DNA from: Vicugna vicugna
Taxonomy: Eukaryota
NCBI GenBank assembly: GCA_013265495.1
Contig: MU061547.1
Coordinates: 1 to 64,000, forward strand
Direction of reading: 5' to 3'
DNA: 64,000 bases
A program made the translations under genes and the position numbers. Under the pieces are notes generated by a model, which was not told where the DNA came from, did no database searches, and saw only the letters and a list, made by a program, of their open reading frames with translations. Below are positions 62,780-64,000 of this stretch, piece by piece (the stretch's first letter is position 1; every line of letters starts with the position of its first letter).

Positions 62780-63540
62780 GAGCTACAGTGATGCAAATGT
62801 TCCCAGAAACAGTCTTGCCTGAAGGCTGTCCATTCAATGACCACGATTTTGCCATGTCTGCAGGTAAAAAAATCTCCAACCCCAGAATTGCAACATGCCC
62901 AGAGTGTATCAGGCTGTTCTTTCTAAAATGGAAGTTTTGTCCTTGACCAGCTAACAAGTGACCAAAATCTCTGATTCCATATCGATAAAATGCCAGAAGA
63001 CCTGCTGAATAGTAATTTCCTAGGGCATTCAAACTTTTTCTAGTCCTATTTCTTCACCGATGCAAAAAAGACCAAGACCACAAAAGAAAGGGTCATTGTC
63101 ACTGGGAACCATGAGTCACCCAGGTCCCAAAGCATGTCTCTGTGTTCAGTATGTCTGGTAGACCTTTGGTTATACTGTGAGTTCATCAGTATATGGTTTT
63201 CCCATAAAGCTTTAAGATTTGACTCCCTAACTTCTTCAATATAAAGCCATATGGGAGGTTGGCTGGAATGGCATCTAAATTCTCCTCCCGGATTTATAAA
63301 GCTGGGGCATTAGGAGGAAAGATTTTCTTCAGGGTCAGCCCCATCTTGGGGGCAGGCTTTATGCGGTTCCCTGTTGTAGACACTGCTGTAGCTGGAATCA
63401 ACTCCTTGGAATCCTACAAGCTAAACATACTGTCTGAGCTCTGGGCCTTTGCACGCAGTGCACAGACTTCTTCAAGAGACACTCTTGCTTCCCCCTCTGG
63501 TCCTCCTTGTTTGCCAGCCTCCGTTCCTCCTTATGGTCTC
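62780..63540 (-). pseudogene. Possible highly degraded MAGE-family retrocopy
   Basis: Colinear motif relics across frames: KELIP..., PKMGL, LPDILN, LNALG, HFI...LVT, QFWG; many stops and frameshifts. Confidence 0.35.
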
Positions 63541-64000
63541 CTACTTCCTGACTTCCTGAGACTGGGTGAGGGGACGCTCATCTCTGCGGCCATTGTGCCT
63601 TCCTGTGCTCACTCCTATCAGCAAGTTCCATACAATCATAAAGTTGAAGGTTCCCTGTGCACGTCTGTTTCCCCTACTATCTCTTGATCTCAGGGATTTG
63701 GTCACTGTCATGTATCTTCAGTTCTCAGAACAGAGCCCACCATGTAAGCAGCTGGTGTGGGTTGCACCAACACAGGAACAACCATGCAATGTACCATGTC
63801 CTCACTGTATTCCCCACTCCCCCAAGGTTCTCAACATCCAGGACACACTTTGAGGAACTAGTGTGGAAGGGACTCACTGAGGCAGGAAGCCTGTGCACCA
63901 CATCTGAACCTGCTGTCTGTTCTTTCTGAGGAACGGAAACTCCACGTGCTCTGTGTCCTCAAAATTCTTCCCACGACAGTCACCAGGAATTACACTAGTG

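Noticed and set aside
63259..63687. 142-aa plus-strand ORF
   Set aside because: No recognisable domain or splice context; the only motif-like signal is on the opposite strand.

Overview
This is mammalian genomic DNA. Vic-1-type tRNA-derived SINEs point to a camelid, and the window lies in the guanylate-binding protein (GBP) cluster. (1) The main gene is a minus-strand GBP1-like interferon-inducible GTPase: a non-coding exon 1 near 48951, coding exons from 47085 down to 35125, and 590 aa ending in the CaaX box CVLS. It has a proximal ISRE+GAS promoter and a second IRF/GAS motif cluster about 2 kb upstream. (2) A near-identical 2.49-kb tandem duplication inside this gene repeats exons 7-8. Splicing both copies would frameshift the protein; it may be a real CNV or an assembly artefact. 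(3) A divergently oriented GBP4/6/7-type pseudogene survives as relics of exons 3-5 (57117-61097). (4) A 3'-truncated gammaretrovirus-like ERV has a 5' LTR, tRNA-Thr PBS, broken gag and the start of pro, with an MLV-type readthrough pseudoknot still intact. (5) A possible, very degraded MAGE-family retrocopy lies near the right end. (6) The rest is solo LTRs, L1 fragments, SINEs, MER elements, microsatellites and two assembly gaps. I found no prokaryotic-type system, CRISPR array or RNA gene. Most short ORFs in the track are chance frames or repeat-derived. Family assignments are from recalled sequences, not database searches.
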